Shown here: positions 43,211 through 50,385 of the stretch, in pieces
Layout of the letters: each line of letters begins with the position of its first letter
Position numbering within the stretch: the stretch's first letter is position 1
Source: Myxococcota bacterium
Lineage (GTDB): Bacteria > Myxococcota_A > UBA9042 > PHBI01 > JAWLBL01
Direction of reading: 5' to 3'
Length of the DNA: 50,385 bases
Assembly: GCA_041687695.1 (NCBI GenBank)
Contig: JAWLBL010000041.1
Coordinates: 1-50,385 of the forward strand
The notes under the pieces: model-generated
The model's database searches: none
Told to the model about the DNA's origin: nothing
What the model saw: only the letters and a program-made list of their open reading frames with translations
Program-made: the position numbers and the translations under genes

Positions 43211-46153
43211 ATGAAGACGAAGTGGTGGCCGCGTGGGGTGGCCGCGATGTGTGTGGCGGCGGGCATGATGCTCGCGGCGGGTCCGGCGGCGGCGACGCCC
43301 AGCCAGATCAGTGTCCAGGGGCAGCTCCGGAACGCGGCCGGGCCGGCGGCGGACGGGGTCTACACGATCACGTTCACGCTCTACACGGCGCAGACCGGCG
43401 GCAGCGTCGTCTGGACCGAGACCCAGAGCACGGTCGACGTGTCGAGCGGCCTGTTCGACGTCTTTTTGGGCGCCGACGAGGTCAACCCGCTGCTGGTCGA
43501 CCACTTCAAGGACAACGCCCAGGTGTGGCTGGGCATCGCGGTCGACGCCGGCCCGGGCGTGCCCGTGGGCGGTGACGCCGAGCTGCCGCGCCAGATGCTG
43601 ACCAGCGTGGCGTACGCGTTCCTCGCGCAGCACGCCGAGAGCGCGGCCACGGCGGCGCACGCGACGACGGCCGACTCGGCGACGACGGCCGACTCGTCGA
43701 CGACGGCCACCACGGCGACGACCGCCGGCCACGCGACGACGGCGGGCTCGGCGGACTTCGCGACCGCGGCCGGCACGGCCAGCAGCGCGGACACCGCCGG
43801 GTACGCGACCAGCGCGGGCTCGGCCGACTCGGCGACCACGGCCACCACGGCGACGACGGCCAACGGGCTCGAGTGCACGGCCTGCGTGTCGCTGACCGAG
43901 CTGGACTTCGACCCGGTCACCCAGAGCGAGCTGGCGGCGCTCCTGCCGACCAGCGTCGACGGTCTGGCGGGCGGCACCATCACCAGCTCGGTGACGGTGT
44001 CGGGCACGCTGACCGCCAACGCGATGGTCCAGAACGGCAACGAGGTCTGCGACGCGTCGGGCAACTGCGGGCCGACCCTGGCCGGCCTGGGCTGCACCAC
44101 CGACCAGGTCGCCAAGTTCGACGGCACGAGCTGGGTCTGCGCCGACCTGTCGTCGGCGTCCGGCCCGGCCGAGCCCTGCAACGGCCTCAACGAGGCGCTG
44201 CAGTGGGACGGCGCCGCGTGGAGCTGCGTGCGCGTCACCGAGACCGGCCTGAGCGCCGGCAAGGCCAACGGCTACGAGGTGCGCGACGACTGGGGCTACG
44301 CCTGGGACGGCACGCAGCGCGGCGCCAAGAACTGGGCCGACGCCAAGGCGCTGTGCGAGTCGCTCGGCGGCCGCCTGCCGACCGCGACCGAGCTGTGGCG
44401 CAACAACGCGAACACCGGCACGGGCAACCTGTCGGACAACGCGGCGTCGACCTACCTGTGGACCCTCATCCCGACCTACCACGGCGATCGCCGCCGGGCG
44501 GTGGTCCGCCTCAGCGACGGCGCGGTCTCGAACATCCTCGAGACCAACACGACGTCGTTCCGCTGCGTGTGGCCCGACGAGCAGCCCGACGCCTTCTACG
44601 GCGACAACTGCCACGGCGCGCCGGGGGCCGCCTGCCAGACGTTCAACTACTGGTACCACGTCGACACCCGCGACCGCGCGCCGCTCGACATCGTGGGCGC
44701 GACCGCCGAGTGCAACTTCAACCAGGCCTCGATCCCGACCAGCCGCGACGTGCAGGAGCTGATCCAGGCCGGCTGGCCGAACGGCACCAACAACTGGATC
44801 TGGATGGCCGACAGCAACGACTCCTACGACGGCTCGCAGCCGCGTCTCGCGCTCGGCCGCTGGACCGGCGACCAGCGCCAGAACTGGGGCTTCGACGCCA
44901 GCGCCCCCGACGGCGCCATCAGCTGGGGCTACGATGCGCGCCACTTCCGCTGCTTCGGCAAGCGCGCCGCCGACCTGGGCGTGCCCGTGGCCGATCCCGC
45001 GTGCGAGGGCGGCTGCTTCGAGAACCACGCGCGCGCCTCGCGGCTGGTGGCCGACACGGTCGACCGCGCGGCGGCGACGCAGAACGACGCGGCCGAGACC
45101 TGCCGCCTGCTCGGCGGCTCGCTGCCGACCGTCGGGCAGATGATCGAGCTGATGCAGCGCGGCTGGGAGGGCTCCAACGCCTGGCTGTGGGTCGACGAGA
45201 GCATCTACTGGTACAGCGGCGGCTACGGCTACCAGGTGGCGCGCTGGAACGGCGTGGTGGACCGCTGGTACCCGTCGTACAGCACCTACACCTCCTACTC
45301 CGCGCCCAGCACGGCGCGCCCCTACCGCTGCGTGTGGCCCGAGCGCTACGAGGAGTCGCTCACGCTGTGCCAGCCGGACGAGAACCAGGTGTGGGACGGC
45401 GCGGCGTTCTCCTGCGAGGACGCCGTCAACGGCGACTCGGACGGCAAGGCGAACCCCGGCATCCAGATCGTGGACGCCTGGGGCAACGCATGGGACGTCA
45501 TCCAGCGCGGCGCGGCCAACTATGCGGACGCCAAGGCGACCTGCGAGGGCTTCGGCGGGCGGCTGCCGACGCCGACCGAGATCTGGCGCGTGCGCTCCAA
45601 CCAGACCGTCGCGACCAGCATCGGCGACGTGAACTCGACCTCGTACCTGTGGACGATGATGCCCGAGTATCGGGACAACTACCGCACGGCGGTCCGCGTC
45701 AGCGACGGCGTCGCGACGGCCTACGCCGAGACGGCGACCACCCCGTTCCGCTGCATCTGGCCGACCACCAAGGGTGACGCCCTGACGGGTCGCTCCTGCT
45801 ACAGCGAGGCGGACGTCGGCTGCTTCCAGTCCAACCGCCTGCGTTGGGACCGCTACGACCGCCCGGCCATCACGCAGCCGGCCGCGGCGGCCGAGTGCGC
45901 CTTCTACGGCGGCCGCCTGCCCAAGACCGACGAGTTCCTGCAGCTCGTCCACGCGGGCTCGCCCAACGGGACCAACAACTGGCTCTGGACCGCCGAGACC
46001 GCCTACTGGTACAGCGGCAACTACGGCTACCAGCAGGCGCGCTGGAGCGGCGTCGGCAACACCGGCTGGCGCTACGAGAGTGGCCTGGGCGGCGTGGTGA
46101 CCGAGAGCAACCTGCGCTACTTCCGCTGCGTCTTCACGGACGTGATGGAGTAG
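43211..46153 (+). CDS. Secreted fibre-like adhesin 2 with five C-type-lectin-like domains (paralog of adhesin 1)
   Basis: Identical start MKTKWWPRGVAAMC at ATG 43211 with GGAG RBS; same domain order as 33563-36508. Confidence 0.8.
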   Translation: MKTKWWPRGVAAMCVAAGMMLAAGPAAATPSQISVQGQLRNAAGPAADGVYTITFTLYTAQTGGSVVWTETQSTVDVSSGLFDVFLGADEVNPLLVDHFKDNAQVWLGIAVDAGPGVPVGGDAELPRQMLTSVAYAFLAQHAESAATAAHATTADSATTADSSTTATTATTAGHATTAGSADFATAAGTASSADTAGYATSAGSADSATTATTATTANGLECTACVSLTELDFDPVTQSELAALLPTSVDGLAGGTITSSVTVSGTLTANAMVQNGNEVCDASGNCGPTLAGLGCTTDQVAKFDGTSWVCADLSSASGPAEPCNGLNEALQWDGAAWSCVRVTETGLSAGKANGYEVRDDWGYAWDGTQRGAKNWADAKALCESLGGRLPTATELWRNNANTGTGNLSDNAASTYLWTLIPTYHGDRRRAVVRLSDGAVSNILETNTTSFRCVWPDEQPDAFYGDNCHGAPGAACQTFNYWYHVDTRDRAPLDIVGATAECNFNQASIPTSRDVQELIQAGWPNGTNNWIWMADSNDSYDGSQPRLALGRWTGDQRQNWGFDASAPDGAISWGYDARHFRCFGKRAADLGVPVADPACEGGCFENHARASRLVADTVDRAAATQNDAAETCRLLGGSLPTVGQMIELMQRGWEGSNAWLWVDESIYWYSGGYGYQVARWNGVVDRWYPSYSTYTSYSAPSTARPYRCVWPERYEESLTLCQPDENQVWDGAAFSCEDAVNGDSDGKANPGIQIVDAWGNAWDVIQRGAANYADAKATCEGFGGRLPTPTEIWRVRSNQTVATSIGDVNSTSYLWTMMPEYRDNYRTAVRVSDGVATAYAETATTPFRCIWPTTKGDALTGRSCYSEADVGCFQSNRLRWDRYDRPAITQPAAAAECAFYGGRLPKTDEFLQLVHAGSPNGTNNWLWTAETAYWYSGNYGYQQARWSGVGNTGWRYESGLGGVVTESNLRYFRCVFTDVME

Positions 46154-46169
46154 GTGACGAGGCACGCGT

Positions 46170-46200
46170 GGCGGGGATCGGCCAGGCGTCGGTCCCCGCC
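46170..46200 (+). other. Conserved intergenic hairpin after fibre gene 2
   Basis: GGCGGGGATCGGC-caggc-GTCGGTCCCCGCC. Confidence 0.6.
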
Positions 46201-46259
46201 CGCGTCATCCGAGCAAGGCGTTTCGGCACTCTCCCTGGCTTTTGCCCCGAGGTGACGTC

Positions 46260-49844
<3,585 letters not shown>

Positions 49845-49906
49845 CCTGAGATCGATCCGGGCGGTGGCGCGTCTGACGGGCATCTCCAACCCACGGGAGC
49901 CCGTCC

Positions 49907-50374
49907 ATGCGCCACCTCTTCGCCGTCCTCGCGCTTGCCGCCCTGCTCGTCGCGCCCGCCGCCCACGCGCGGCAGCTGGCCAAGCCCATCCCGATCCCCG
50001 GCCTGCAGGCCGGCCAGCCGAGCGGGCTGAAGCTGCGCATCGTGAAGTACCAGGGCGACACCAACGGCAGCATGCTGGTCGACGTCGTCAACGACGAGCC
50101 TGTCCCTCAGCCCTTCGTGGCGACCGGCCTGTACTTCGTCCCCAAGGGGGACCCCGAGACCTCGCCGCAGCGCCTCGGCGCGGCCGGTCCCTTCGACGTC
50201 GTCGGCGCCAAGGGCGCGTCGCCGAAGGACCAGCTGATCGTGGCCCCGGGTGCGACGGTGCGCCTCGAGCTGCAGGTCTTCTGCATCGTTACTCCTCGCC
50301 GTAGCCCATGCCCGGGCCCCCCAGTCGTGTGCTTCAATCACCGCGGAGGCGTGTGGGCTGGAGCCGCGCCGTAG
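49907..50374 (+). CDS. Secreted hypothetical protein; the 3' end may be disrupted
   Basis: GGAG RBS; signal peptide ending AHA; host-like codons up to ~50287, atypical codons afterwards. Confidence 0.65.
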   Translation: MRHLFAVLALAALLVAPAAHARQLAKPIPIPGLQAGQPSGLKLRIVKYQGDTNGSMLVDVVNDEPVPQPFVATGLYFVPKGDPETSPQRLGAAGPFDVVGAKGASPKDQLIVAPGATVRLELQVFCIVTPRRSPCPGPPVVCFNHRGGVWAGAAP

Positions 50375-50385
50375 CGCGCGGCCGG

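Overview
Very GC-rich bacterial DNA; the gene content suggests Myxococcota or a related deltaproteobacterial lineage (inference). The left ~28 kb is mostly recognisable: a REP-like hairpin cluster, a DUF4259-like gene, a MoxR-DUF58-transglutaminase triad, a TetR-TolC-MFP-RND efflux operon, an attenuator-controlled ilvD-ilvB-ilvN-ilvC operon, rnk, a PAS-LuxR regulator, a Ser/Thr kinase, a hydrolase-Sel1 fusion, a lipoprotein MsrB-MsrA fusion, tesB, a SEC-C membrane protein and an orphan flavin-dependent halogenase-like gene. The right ~21 kb (28.9-49.8 kb) is the unusual part: seven co-oriented genes for surface proteins. Five are Cys/Asp-rich repeat lipoproteins that all end in the same uncharacterised ~55-aa Cys-free domain (S-x-G-H-x-x-P-[VI]-G...G-F). 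Two are secreted fibre-like proteins, each with five C-type-lectin-like heads. Six of the seven form a diverged tandem duplication of a three-gene cassette (lipoprotein A, fibre, lipoprotein B) with conserved promoter geometry and a conserved intergenic hairpin. I propose this is a lipoprotein-stalk plus lectin-fibre display system. All family assignments come from motifs read by eye; no database searches were run.
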